Below the pieces are notes generated by a model. That model was not told the origin of the DNA, ran no database searches, and saw only the letters and a list, made by a program, of their open reading frames with translations. 64,000 nt of DNA from Chrysomallon squamiferum (lineage: Eukaryota > Animalia > Mollusca). Location of the stretch: the NCBI GenBank assembly GCA_012295275.1, contig CM022678.1:16430001-16494000 (forward strand). Direction: 5' to 3'. Below, piece by piece: positions 12,655 to 27,451 of this stretch. Position numbers and translations under genes: made by a program. How positions within the stretch are numbered: position 1 is the first letter of the stretch; each line of letters opens with the position of its first letter.

Positions 12655-15600
12655 TTATAACAATAACACCACCCATTTGTCACTTTAAATAAATTCACAT
12701 TTGAGATCATTCCAAAACTTCTTGTACTTTTAAAATGAAAATGATTTAAAAAAAAGGAAACAAAACCGCATTTATGATTTTAATTTTTTTTTTTTTTTAA
12801 ATAACGTCACTTATTTTATTCCTGACATACAGATAAAAAAAAAAAAAAAGGAAAGACTATATAGTGTTAGTTTGGTTAAATACTATTCATTTCTTGCCTT
12901 TTTGAAGAGATTAACAAATTTCTATCTTTTATTAAAGATCAGTGAGATTAAAAACACTTTTCCTTATATCTTTAAAGGTAAATTTTAAAAAGATTTCCAA
13001 AACAAAATGTGAAGTTTTCATTTTTACTGTTGTTCTGTAGAAGATGGATAAGGTAAAAAGAATTTCTGAGCTGAATCTATTTTATTTATGTCAAAATAAC
13101 TAAAAGACTATTTAATAAAAACTGCATGTACTGAATAAATATTGAAATACATTTTTCTAGTAAAACTAAAATCAAAATGATTGATCATGTAGTTCTTAAG
13201 GTTTAGAACAAAACAGATAATCATATATTTTATTTTTCTTATTGATAAAATTAAACTAAATTATAGCAAAGATATAATCTCCTCAAGCAGGCAAGAAATT
13301 TCATGAAAGGTGTCAGTATAAAATCAAGGAAAGTTCCATGATGTATATTTTAATTTGTCAGAACAGAATATTAATCTTATTCTGTTTGGCATATTACTGT
13401 TTTCATATTTTAATAACTAATTCTATTTCTTCTTTTGTTTTCTGATTAATTACTTTAATAAAATATTTAATTTAAATTCCATTTTTATTTTTATTTATTA
13501 TTTTTTAATGCTTTTCTCTGCATTTTGATTTTCCTTGCTTTAGTTAAGACACCCTTTGTTAGATTTTTTTGATAAACTTTACAAGGAAACTACATCTATA
13601 GACAGCTTTATTGTAACTGACAAAGCTTTGAAGCTGTAAAAGCCAAAGTATTTTGTCTAATCTACAAAATTAATGGAAATTTGAATTCTTATATGCAATG
13701 GAGAATACAGATTCATTAGAAAGCATGAAGAGATAAATAAAAATAAAAGACAAAATTTGTATTGAAATAAAAACATCAACAGAAAAATAAATTTTTATGA
13801 ATATAAGTAATAAATAATTGTATTAAAAAGAAGAATAAATGAACTTAAACAAAATAAAATAATAAAATAAATAAGAGAATAAATTTCATAACATATGTAC
13901 ATTGGCCATACAATATTGTAATATAAAGTAGATATCTAATATAAAAAGATAATCGGAATTTTTTTATTAGTTATTCCAGTTAAATAATACCTCATTTGAA
14001 TTCACAAAATGCAGTCAAATAAACCATCAACTAAATGTTCCACAGAGAACAACTACAAATGCACAAAAGAACAGGAAAATAAACACAAGCAAAAACAGAA
14101 CAAAAGAAGAAAAGAACAGAAAAACTAGACAAGCAAAACCGGCACAAACTTACAACCATAAGGACGTGATTTCATACCAAATCCACGAATTGATGTATCG
14201 TCCTGTGACCCAACAGAACTTGTGTCTTCCTGATCAGAGGGTGTAGCTTTCACAAACATAGACTTTGGTCTTGGTTTTGACTTGGCAGTGCGGTCTGAGG
14301 CTCTGTTCGGTTCTATGGGTCGCTCTCCTCCATTTTCCATAGATTCTTTCTGTCGTTTTTTCTGCAAGTACTGTTCATAAATCTGTTTTCTTCTCGCCTT
14401 CTCTTCTGCTTTCTTCTGTTCTGCATCCTCCTGTTTCAATCTGCAATCAACACAGTATTGCTATGAATGAGTAAATGTACCAATGGATAATTAATTCAAA
14501 TTAAAAAGGGAAAAGGTGCAGTCTAGCCAAATGTACGTTCCTCCTAAATTCTCTCAAAACAACTGTTTTTTTATACTGACTAAAATTCTTTAACTGCAAA
14601 TAGACTAAACACATTTAGATTCTTTTGTTTGTGTATCCATCATAAGTGCACACTAACAAAATAAAAAAAAAGTCAGCAAATTTTTAATCATCTATTCAAT
14701 GTTGTATAGTAGTTAATACTATTCAAATAAAGGTCATTTCATTTACTATTATCAGTAAAGGAATCCATTATACAGATTTCCCAAAGGACAATACATTCAA
14801 TATACATACATACATACATACATATATATAAAATAACTGGACAGTATTTGGTGTCAAGAAAGAGCTGTAAATATGAACTATAATCAAGCATTTTACTAAT
14901 ACTCTTCATAAAATGTGTGAAAGTAATTTAAACTAATATTTTTTTGTATTTGTCATTAACCTCTCTCTTTCTCTCTGTTCCATTAATTCCATTTCTTTTT
15001 CCAGTCTTCGTCTTTCCTGTTCTTCTTTTCTCTTCATCTGTCTCTCCACCAGTCTGTCTTTCTTTGACATCATTTCCTGTTCACTGGTCTGAAATGTTTA
15101 TCAACATAAAGTTGTAAGAGTAACCTTTAACAAAAAATTAATACCTAAAAAGAAAAATAATAATAAAAAATAACTATCTCTTCTCTGAAATAAAAACCAC
15201 TATAAATAATAACAAGAACAGAATTTGTATTTTTTTCTAAGTAGCTAATTAAAAGATCTGGATATCTGTTTTAATATCTAAATTAACATACAAATTTTAT
15301 TATGTATTTTTGTGTAGTGAATGTAAGCATCTTTATAATCCCTATCTGTATGAATGTTTCATGCAGAGAGTATGTAAAGATATGTTTCTTACATACACAC
15401 AACTTTATGAGAAATATTAAACTGCTCACTCTGTTAAAGCCCAAGTCAGATTCATCTAAAACGTATCCTATTCCTGAAGAATTGTGAGATTCACTGCCAC
15501 CAGCCTTTGCAGACTTGTACACAGTGATAGTAGGTGTCCCCTGGACGTCCATTGGAGATGACCCATGTACAGCAGTCGACTGACCGTCTGATGGTGTAGA

Positions 15601-18600
15601 AACGGTGTGATTGTTGACAGAACTGTTCTTTTTCACTCTGTCTTTGCTAAGCACTGGTTTTGAACGTTTAGGTGTGCTTGATTCATCACCGAAGGACACA
15701 AAGAATCCTTCGTTGCCTCCACTGCTTGTGTGAGAACTGGCACCATCATCTCCATTTTCTGAAGATGCATCTCTCTGAACCTCAGCAGGCTGTTGTTGCT
15801 GCTGATCTCCCGCTGCACCACTCACTGCAGCAGACGTCAGTTTGTAGGTGTCTGAGTGACTCACGTCCTGTGGTAGCGGTGTTGTAGATGATGCTGTGTG
15901 TGTTTCTGCGAACTGTGGGTGTTGTTGGGTTGCTGGGGCCGACACGTATGTCTGCCCCATTGTTTGTGCTGGAGAGATGTACGGCAGGGTCTGTGCTACT
16001 GGTGGAGTGTGTCTGCTGATGACACTAGCAGGTCCTTTTGGTGGGAACTGTTGAATCTGCTGTGGTGCCAATGCTGCTGCTGGGTCACTAGGTTCTCCCT
16101 GACCGACGTGTCCACCAGGGGGCAGTGCTATCTGATGGGGGACTGGGTGACCGGCAAGAGGTGGCTGCTGTTTGGAAAGAGGGTGCAAACATGGCGGGGT
16201 TCCCTGAGGTGACTGCATGCTGAGTATCTGTTCCTGCTGTAATGACAGACGTGAAATCTCTCCCTGCAGCTCAGTCAGACTCTGGTTCAGCTTGTCAAGG
16301 GAAGAATCGTAAGCCTCAAATGGAGCTTCATTCTCCGACGATGGTAAACTTTCTGCACTGTCTGTCATCGCCTGTGGGTACGGACTGCCAGCTGGACGAT
16401 GGACAACTTCAGCTGGAACTGCATCGGCTTGAGATTTCACTGCAGCTGGGTCTTTACTAACGCAGACAGGTTCTACAGCTGGTTTTTCATCACTGATCTC
16501 TGCAGCTCTTGATGTCCCTCCAAGCAAGTCATCATCTCTGAACCATCTTCTTCTCACGTTGTCAATAGTCTCTTGAATCCCTTCTGGGGAAAATGGCCTG
16601 GATTTGTGTGATGTTGAAGTAGGGGACAGGGACCTGGGTCTCTGCATTTCATGACGCATTGGTCCCACTCTGTCATCTGAGTCAAGTAAGGGACTAGCTC
16701 GGTCCTTCGAATCGTCAATGTGGCGAGACATCACTCTCATGAATGCTGCCTTCCCCAGTCTCTGTCTCATCTTGTTCTGCTGCAGCTCCAGCCTCTGTTT
16801 TCTTCTCTCTATTTCCTTTCTCTTCTCATCCAGCTTCATTCTCAGAGCGGCAAGTTCAGACGTCACCTGCTGCTCACCTTCCTGGCTGTTGTCTTTGCCG
16901 CCGTCACGCACAGCCATCGCAGTCATCTGCCAAGTGGTTTCGTTTGGCAGCATAGCAAATGAAGTCTTTTTACCAGCATCAGCTTGTTTTCGCAAGAACG
17001 CTGACTTCAGTGGCGCTCTTCCGTTTCCTTGTTGTTCCTGTCCATGCTGCATGTAAACCATCGCAGAACCGTCAACATTTCCATACGCATCTTTAAGACG
17101 TTTAATTTCGGCAAAATTTGTTGTCATGGATTTTGTCTTGTCGCTGGAGGGATCTAGAATCTTCGGCGTCTCAGCGACAACAACGAGGGCTGGCTTTGTC
17201 ACTTCAGTTGTTGGTGGAGGTTGTTGTGGTGGTGGTGGGTGGATTGCTCTCGGTGAAATTTTAGCGGATGATGCCGTCTCCCTAGCTTTGTGATCATAAT
17301 GTATCTTGTGTGACTCGTGGTCAGAGAAATCTCCAGAACTTCGACTGCTTGTCATGCTGTCATCACGCGACGTTGCTCTCCTCAGTGGCGATGTCTCCTC
17401 ACTCTTTGTTACTACGGGTATCCCAGCAGCCCTTGCACTCTCTATAGTGTGGACCTGGTCGACGATTGTGTAGCTGGATGCAACTTCGCTATCTGCTGCA
17501 AGAGGAAGAGAGGGCAAGGAAACTTCAACAGAAACATCAGGATTAATGTAGAATGCTTCATAGCCCCTGTTTGGCATCTGTCCTTCACCCTCACCTTGGC
17601 CTACATTAGTTTCAGTTATCCTCGGTGTTTGCTGAGTGTCAGACAATGGACTGACGCTTACCAGTTCATCTGACAGACAAGTCTGTGTGGTGTCTAGGTT
17701 CAGAGAGACAGTGGCTTCCACAGTTATGTCCCCTTGACTTGGAAATCCATCAGCTGTGGTGGGTGATGTTCGAGGAGGTTTCCTAGGCTTTGTTGGAGAT
17801 GTTGTCCTCTTTCTGGGAGTCTCGTCTCTTTCATCTGCTTTTGAATGATTTAAGTGTTTTTCTTTGGCTGGTTTTAGCACGGCAGGCATTAAAGGTTCAA
17901 GTTTTTGTTCCTGATCGCTGACATTTGACTGTCGAGATTGGTCACCTGGTGTGACACTCTCCAACTTCATGCTGTCAGAATCGTTGTAGTTGGACATGGT
18001 CGGCTGCGGTGTCCGTGGTGTGTCGAGGTCACCAAAGTTGAGCTGCTCATCGGCAAAACTTTGACACAACTCTGAGTCGATGCTGACATTGGCCAACAGA
18101 GTGGACGACTCACCAGTCTGATTCTGATTGGTGGGTGCACTGTCTCGTCTGTGTAGATAAATAAATAAAAGTGTTATTTTTTTACTATCTTCACTATTTC
18201 TCCTCCACCTGTTATTCTTTAAACTAATATTATTATAATTAATATAACAACAACAACAACTAAGACTACTACTACTACTGCTGCTGCTGCTGCTATTACA
18301 GTTACTTTTCTTGTTATGATTACTCATTTAAAAAAGGGTCATTCTGTGTCAAATCACCCAATGGGTTAAAGCCAACCGACTCAGATTTTTATGAAACCTG
18401 ATTGGATTGGGATCTGACAGGACCAAATCCCCCCCAAATTTTGCGATTTTCGGCTAACTAATTTTAGGTTAACTGATCTTGTGATATTTTAGCTGATGCT
18501 GTCTCTCTACCTTTGTAATAATAATGTGTCTTGTGTGACTCAGTCTTAAAAAAAAAAAAAAAGTTTTATTCAAAATACTAGCTGTAGTTGTAGTAGTACT

Positions 18601-19668
18601 AATATTAATAGTAGTTGTTTTGAATAAGTCTCCATGTTCTGCTGAAATGTCCTCAACTAGCCCAAACCCATGCCTCACTGTCATACAGACAACAAACAGT
18701 TTTGCTTCTTGGATTCAATGGAAGGATCCTGTGGTCACTCTGCTGGCTCAGCTTGTAGGCATGCATCTTTGACTTAGACAATGGAACTAACTGGTGAAAT
18801 TGTTGTGTTCCCTTGACTGTTTTGGCCAATTGAAACCTCCCTTGAAGTTCCAACTCATGCTTTGCTATGTGTTCTGGTGTGATGCACGCTCATGGACCTT
18901 CTAAGTTATTTCACTGGCAAAACACTTGTTGGATTAGTGAAGGGGACATCTTCTGTGTCACTGAATATTACACCTCTGAAACTTTTATATGTTTTAGTTA
19001 ATGGCAGATTTAGATTCCTTGTCATATTGCCTTTTCAACAATTTTATGAAGATTGGCCCAGTAGTTCCTGAGATATGAGGGTTGATGGTTGAAAAATCTC
19101 AAAATTTGGGTGGGGGAAGACCCGTATCTCCCACACCGTTGGTCCGATTGGCCTAAAATTTTGGATTCGGTGCTTGGGATCCTGATCAACAAATATAGCA
19201 AGTTTCATAAACCTCTAAGATCGTTGGGTTTAAAAAAAACATTTTGGGAAGGTGTGATTTGACATGGAATGACTCCAAAAAACTGCTATTAGTATTAGTA
19301 CAGCTACAACTACAGCTAGTATTTTGACTATAACTAGTTTCTTTTTTGTGTCTATGAGTCACACACGACACATTATTATTACAAAGCTAGAGAGACAGCA
19401 TCATCAGCTGAAATATCACAAGATCAGTTCACCTATTACTAGTTTTATTATTATTAAAACCACAAGTACTAATTCTGTAACAACGACTACTACTATAAAA
19501 ACAACAACCTCTGCAGATGCTCCTGTTCCTGCCAGGCTAGTACAGATTCTTTTATAACATTTCTCTCCTGTGGCGAGCTCACAGAATTAGCTCTTCTTGT
19601 GTACTGAGCAGTTTCTGAAATATAACAGTCTTTTATTTATTTACCTTTATTTGTAGTTATATATCTGT

Positions 19669-19766
<98 letters not shown>

Positions 19767-22700
19767 GCATGCACAGCTATAGAAATTATCCCTCTTTTTC
19801 ACATTCATATATTTATAACTAATATTTTATTCTAACATGTTTCTTGAAATTACTAAATTATAGATAATAAGAAAGAATATACACTAAATACATTATATTC
19901 TTTCTTATTATTATCAAATTAAAGAAAGAAATAAGGGAGTCAAAAAATTAATATTTGAACTTTCAAATCAAAACAAAATAAAGTAGACAGAGTCCAAAAT
20001 GAAAAAAGAAATGGTTTTAATTATTCCTAATACAAATATCAGCTAAAAAGAAATAAAACTATGCTAATGGAAGTATAGAAATATGGAAGAATACTAATTT
20101 ATCAGGCTATTTGTATACTACAATTACTTTACTTATTGTTATAGACTATCCTTGCACTAATCTGCTTTTCTTACTCTGGCCAATGCAAAGACAAAGATGT
20201 CAGACAGGTAAGTTAGTGTCTGTGTTTTTCATACCAGTTTTTTGAGAAACATCCCCATCTGTTTTGCTGTCTGTGTGTGTCCCATTCTGACGTTTAGGTA
20301 ACAACACTTGCCTGTTTTGTGGTATATGTCTGAAAAAGTAAAAACAAAGATAATTTAATTTTTTATTGTTTTTATTAGAAACATTATATACTATTATATT
20401 TATATCAATACCATTTACTGAGACAAATTTCTTTAAATCATCTAAAGAGGTTTGTGAAAATGTAAATTCTGGATTAAAAAATTTAGCATCTGTTAAAAAT
20501 ATTTCATTATAACCTGATTATCGATAAATATAAATTCTGCTAAAATAGGACAACACTTAAAGAAGGAATATTTTATTTAGGAACGTACACAGAAAATATT
20601 TTTCACTTCTTCGTTTTTATCTTAAAAGGTAAATACAGGTAATAAAAAAGAAAACACATTTCTGCAATATGAAGCGAAATCCTTTTTAAACGAGCAACCA
20701 AAAAAAGATCATCGGCTAGATTGGGAAATAACATTATTTGTCCTCCATGCAAGATTGATTGTAGAACCCAACAAACCTTGGCCATGCACTCTAACCACTG
20801 AGCCTGTCTATCCATCACTATACATTTAACAAAATGAATTAAGTGAATACTTACGAAGTAGAGTTTGACTTGTTTAGTTCTGGAGTACTGGTGAATCTCG
20901 ACTCAGTTTTGTGAAAGCTGCGTTTTGTTGCGTTGCTAATGGGAACTTGGTGTTTGGTGACACTTGACCTCCCGTTACCATAGTGAGATGCTAAATTAAA
21001 ATTAACAAAAATAAAATAATAAACACTGCAATGTAAGCTGTCTGGTGAAATAAATCTTTGTAAAATTCAGCTGAGAAGCCCTCATTTAAATATTAACTTT
21101 CTGTAGTGGTAGTTTTTTGAAATACTGACCATTATATAAGGATCAGTTAAAGCCTGAAATCATCCCTTTTAAATAACAAAACTTTATTTACACAGCTAAA
21201 AGCATCCATCATCACTAAAACTGAATATTACAAAATCCCAGTTTTTCCAGTAATAACTTTCATAAATAAGTATAATAAAAGATATAATAGAACTGTGGAC
21301 TAATATTCTGTACTACAATTAAAAACTCTCACAAAACTTACTTTCTGTTTCCTGACCATTCAGCAGCTGTCCTGTCTCTGTCAGTTTTATCATTTCAAAC
21401 CAGAAGAACAGCTCTGCAAGAAAGGCTAAGAGGTTTTCTCGTATACTGTCTCGTGAGTACAGAAGATCCTCATAGGTGAAATGGAAAAAGTTGATGGGAA
21501 GATGCCGTTCACAGAATGTTTTGATGAGTCGTAGATTATACAAAGAATTAGCTATTCCTAACCCGTCTTTCAAACATATATCTGAGGAAAAAATAAATAA
21601 CAATGTGGCAACTAATATTTAACAATAAAAGAAAAGAGGATAAGGAAATTGAGAGAGAGAGAGAGAACATGGAAGATTTTCTATACAGATCATATTCAAA
21701 ACCAAAAAAAACAGGCATAATATTAAAATATGAATTTGACAATTATGAAATATAAAATTAAAAAAAAAAAAAAAATAATAATTAATTAATATAGCTATCT
21801 TAACTAGATATTAAGATTCATAAATTTAATGTGTGCTAAATTTTAAAGTTATCATCTGATTCACTGTTTTATTTACAAAAATTGTGATATTAAACAAACC
21901 ATGAAAATTGAGAGACTGCGGACAATAGAAACTGCAGACAACAGCTACTGTACATCCATCTCCTATGTCTTTTAGTATGTCTGTCATCACAGGAACAGTC
22001 ACACTGTCTGAAGGGCTGGAAGTTCCAGACTGGTAACAGGAAAGTTAAACATTTTAAAATATTCATAAAATAAAATGCTTCTTCTTTTGTTTTAAAACAC
22101 AGAAATACACATTTGCAAAACAGTAATCACATTTATTTGAATGTAAGTATATATATGTGTGTGAAAAATGTACATGGTAAAAAGTGTAGTGTGTGTTTAC
22201 AAGATACTAATGTAATTTGTGTGTATGTGCATGTCTATCTACTGATATATTATTAACAAACTGCAACCTCCTGCATTAAATTAAATTAAACTTAATGATG
22301 TTTAGAACAACATAACAAATTCACCTGCTCAGATTTTTTTTCTTTTTCAATGGCAGTGGTACAAACTTTATTTAACCAGAAAATAACTGAGTCCTCAGTG
22401 CCTGATGGAAGTTCACTGGATGCATTAAAAGTTGTAATTCGTCTGAAAGTTTTAAAATTGCTTGTTCAAAATGTTGAATTTAAAGTATGAGGTCTCTTTA
22501 CGCTATAATGATACATTATACAAAACATGCACCCCAAATATCATTCGCCTTCTCTCTCTTTCTCTCCATTCCTTCATCCTCTCTTTCTCTCATACATTAA
22601 TTCTTGCAATCATCATAATCCTTTGCCTTCTTTTCAGCTATCATTTAACAATCAAAGTAGAAAAATTAATACTTTAACTATACCTGAGCTTTTAACTGAA

Positions 22701-23509
22701 AAATAATTTACCATATATTATCCAAAATATAAAATGAAGAAAAGTAAATCAACTTTAACAGAGTCAAACAAACCCAATTTAATAATAAAAAAAATTATTT
22801 CAAATTTTAGTATTTAATAAGATAATAAATATAAAATAAATAAATGAATAAAAACAACAGCATACCTGACGGCTTGGACAGCACGTTCTACTGAAACAAC
22901 TTCACTGGCGTATGCCAACATCAGCGCATCTATTAGAGCTATATGCGCATTCTGAAACAAAACAACAATAATAATAATAAATTAATAAAATAACAATAAA
23001 AATAACAAATAAACAGTTGTAAATTTATAATTAATTTGTTTCATACTTTGAAAATTTAAATTTAACTGGATTATTCAGACAAAATGGGCTGTGGGATATT
23101 TTTGATATACTTTGTCATTAAAAATAACATAACACATAATCATTAACAAAACAAACAACAAAGAAGTGAATTTCAATTATGCTATTTTATAATCAATAAA
23201 AGGTTGTTACAAAACTTATTTTACTCTCTAAGAGACAAAAATAAAATAAAATAAACTCACAACTCGGAATGGTGCAGTCTGCATGAGAATTGTTTCTGTA
23301 ACAGCTGATTCATCCTTCTCCATGACGTAAATTCCCTTTCTAGACAGCACCTGAATAATACTGCAGTGACCTATGAAAAAATATTTAACACCAACAGTAA
23401 ATACAAAGATTTTAAAAAGAACATGGTATATTCTTTTGTCAGTCTACATTTATCACAACAATGCATTTTCCTTTGCTGATTATTGTTTGTTTTACATTTG
23501 AAATTGACC

Positions 23510-23580
<71 letters not shown>

Positions 23581-23596
23581 TCACTCACTCACTCAC

Positions 23597-23675
<79 letters not shown>

Positions 23676-24458
23676 CACAGACATAGTATGGGTATGTTTA
23701 TCTTACATACACACATATACTATTTCCATCTCTTTCACACATACAATATATCTGTTTTCTGTCTGTGTGTCTTTCTCTCTTGTACACACACAGGCATCTG
23801 TCTATCTCCATCGCTTTCATAAATACAATCTCTCTCTCTCTCTCTCACAAACACACACACGCACGCACTCACTCACACAAACCCTATAAACTAATAAAAC
23901 ATACCCTGCCACTGTTGAGAGGTTTCAGAAAACATTCTAGCACAGGCCTGACAGTACACATCACTTGACACCAGACTGTTGATTAGATGTGGTTTCACCT
24001 GGAAATTACCCTGCAAAACAGTAATAATAACAACAACAACAACAACAAAACAATAACAACAATAATAACAAGTGATGATAATTATGATGATGATGATGAT
24101 AATAATACAAATTAAGATCATTTAATTTTTTTTATTGTCAATCATTCAATGGAGTAATTATAAGGTTTATATAAAGTTTGAATCTAGAGACAATTAAGCA
24201 AAAACAGAAACAAGAAAATAACAATAACTTTAATAATTAGAACATGAACCTCGAAAGATAAGAAATTTATCCAATATTTCACTCACATCTGATTTTTCAT
24301 AAAAAGGTTCTTTAAATTCATTTGGAACATTTTCTCCAAATGCTTTCTGCAATATCCATGCCAATGATGATTTTAATTTAGCCTGTAAAATATAAAAAAA
24401 AGAATATATATAATATTAATGGAAAATATAATGATAAGAACAAGAAAAATCAAACAAA

Positions 24459-24498
<40 letters not shown>

Positions 24499-24508
24499 AA
24501 AATAAAAC

Positions 24509-24541
<33 letters not shown>

Positions 24542-26084
24542 TAATAAGTGAAGAAAAACAAAATGTAAATATAAATAAATAAATTAAAATCAACAATTAA
24601 TAAATGAAAAAGAAGGAAAACTGAGAAGAACTCATTCACCACTGTATTTCTGGGTTTAAAGGAAATCGAATTTTTACAGTTAATACGGTAAAGCACTTCT
24701 ACCTTGCTTGCATCTTTTTTTAATTCTTCCAGACTTGTTTGTAAGAACAAAACAAACTGGAAATGTTTAAAATACCATCACACACAGACACACACACTGT
24801 ACAAACACAGGGCTCATTCGAGTGATTCAGACCTTGTACAGTCATGGGTGTACATTGTACGAGTTAAAACATTTTGTAATATTATATACACATGTGATGA
24901 AGCGATTTGTGTCAAACAGGTACATTATCTAAAATACAGGTGTAAATAGCTTCAGTATTATGTCTTGTGAATGGAGACTGAGTAATAGATGCCTTACAAG
25001 TAATTTATGTGACTGAATTCAGAGTGTTTGTGTGGGTGGCTTTTTTTATGTGTGTCTATGTGTGTGTCTGTGTGTGTATCTGTGCATGTGTTTTGTGGAT
25101 GCTTTTGTTTTTTTTTTTTTTTTTTTTTCTGTATTTTTATTTTGTTACTTTGATAGAAGTTAATAATAAATTTTATATTATTTTATACAATTTTTTTTTT
25201 TTTAAAGTATCTAAATGCATTAAAGAGTTTTACAGCTATTTACCTAGAACAATATGAAGAAATGATTTAGTCATGAATACAGAATTGAATATATGCTTAG
25301 TCATTTTATTTTAAGAACATTTTAAATAAAGTCTAAAGTGTCTTAACATAAACAGCATATAAGGAAAAAACAAAATCCATGAATGGTCAAACTTTCATCA
25401 ATCTTTCATTAACTGACAAAAACATCATAATATCACATTTTAGATTTTATATTCGTTTAGTTCTGTTTTTAACAGTAATATTTTGAATTAAATATTGTAA
25501 TATAGGTATTTAGTATAAGAACAAGTTTTCATGAATGCCCTGACATTAAAAATAACAAGTATCATAATATCACAGTTTATATTTCATCGTTTCAGTTTAG
25601 ATTGGTTAACAGTATAGTATTTTTAAATAATATTGTCATAAACAGCTTTTTAACACCAATCAAGTTTTCATGAACAACATGAGATAAATATACAAGTAGA
25701 AGACAATGATGACAACTTCATAAATGAATTATACTATGCTTGACACATTGTCATTCCTTAAGAGTTAATATCTTCATAAACAAGTTTAAGGGTAAAAGAA
25801 ATTAATAATAATAACAAAAAAACCCAAATAATATAATTAGTTAAAAAAAGTAAAAGTAGTTAGGATTACAATTTTATATGACATGTTACTTCAACAGAGA
25901 ACCAGATTAAAAAAAACCACAAAAATAAACCCACTTAAAATAGAAAAACAAGTTGACAAATAAACCAGTTTTTCATGAACTGACCGACAGCTATAAAGCA
26001 ACTTCACAACCAAAAAAAAAAAAAACTTTATTTACTATTACTTCATTTCAGTCCTTTAAGAGTAACAATAATACTTGAACAAAA

Positions 26085-26121
<37 letters not shown>

Positions 26122-26834
26122 TTTACAGTAGTAGTAATAATAAAAATATTAACATGATACATGAAAAAGGACCAATACAGATTACAATCTAACACGTTTG
26201 ATTAATTTTATTATTATGTGTAAATTTTAATCATACTTGAAATAACAAATAATAACTTGTTATACACTTGTCAGTATCTCAATAGGCAAAGAAAAAGAAA
26301 AAAGGTTTTACCATTGACCTTTTATATAATATAAAGCTATCTATCCCTTTAATCTAACTAGTTTTTAATAACTAATTTTTAGTAACTATTCAAAAAGTAA
26401 CATAAAGAAATAAAAGAAGTGTTTAATGCAAAATTTCTGAACTGTAAATGGAATTTGTCGGGATATTATTTGATAACAAATATCAATATATCATTCATGA
26501 CTGTATATGCTTTAACTTAGTAGTTTTTTTAATGATAACTCTTAAAATAGTATTATTGTGGAAGTTTTTACTGCTGATCTGTTGAAATATTAATATATAA
26601 ATTAGGATATATTTAGATATACAATTATATCCACTTACAAATTCAAAAATATCACTTTCAGGCTAATTATTTTATGATAACCACTGTTAATGTTGTCATT
26701 ATTATATATATTTTCTTTTCAGAAAAATAAAAATAACTGAACAGTTTCTTTAATTCATTCAATGTTAATTATTTTGTGAGTGTGTACTAATGTGTTTTAA
26801 ATGGTAATATCATAGTAGAGCTTCTACCAGAAGG

Positions 26835-26870
<36 letters not shown>

Positions 26871-27415
26871 CATTTGGGGAAGAAAGAGAATAAATATTGG
26901 TGTTTGTTGTTGCTAGATTATTGTGCCTGTAATTATTTACAGGACTTTAAAAACAAATATATATATATGCATAAATACGTATGTCTGCATTCATATACAT
27001 TTGGTTTAACATTAATGTATATATAAACTTGAAGTATTTCAATTGTTTTGTTTTGTTTTTAACTTTCACACATAACATTCTTAACTGTCCAGATATACTT
27101 TAAAAGAACCAAATACCATTGCAAGAAAATGTATTATTATTACCATGGCAACTTTTGTTTTTCGGACATTCTTAAATAATTTTTTTAATGCTATATTTAT
27201 ACAACATATTTGGTAAAAAATACATCTTCCATTCAACCTGTTATTCGACAGTATACAGTACTTAACACATAGTTACACTGCATATTATTATGCAGACATC
27301 ATGTGTTATATATCTGTCACAAGTCTGTATAGAAAATACTGACAATGGTGTATGTCAAACACAAGCTTAGGTTAGAAGTACCGTGTACAAAATGAAAGTC
27401 ATTCAAACTTTAAAA

Positions 27416-27451
<36 letters not shown>

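Noticed and set aside
15283-18327. 1014-aa ORF as a stand-alone gene
   Set aside because: It is CAMSAP exon 12; the N-terminal ~60 aa and C-terminal ~48 aa are intronic read-through beyond clear splice sites.
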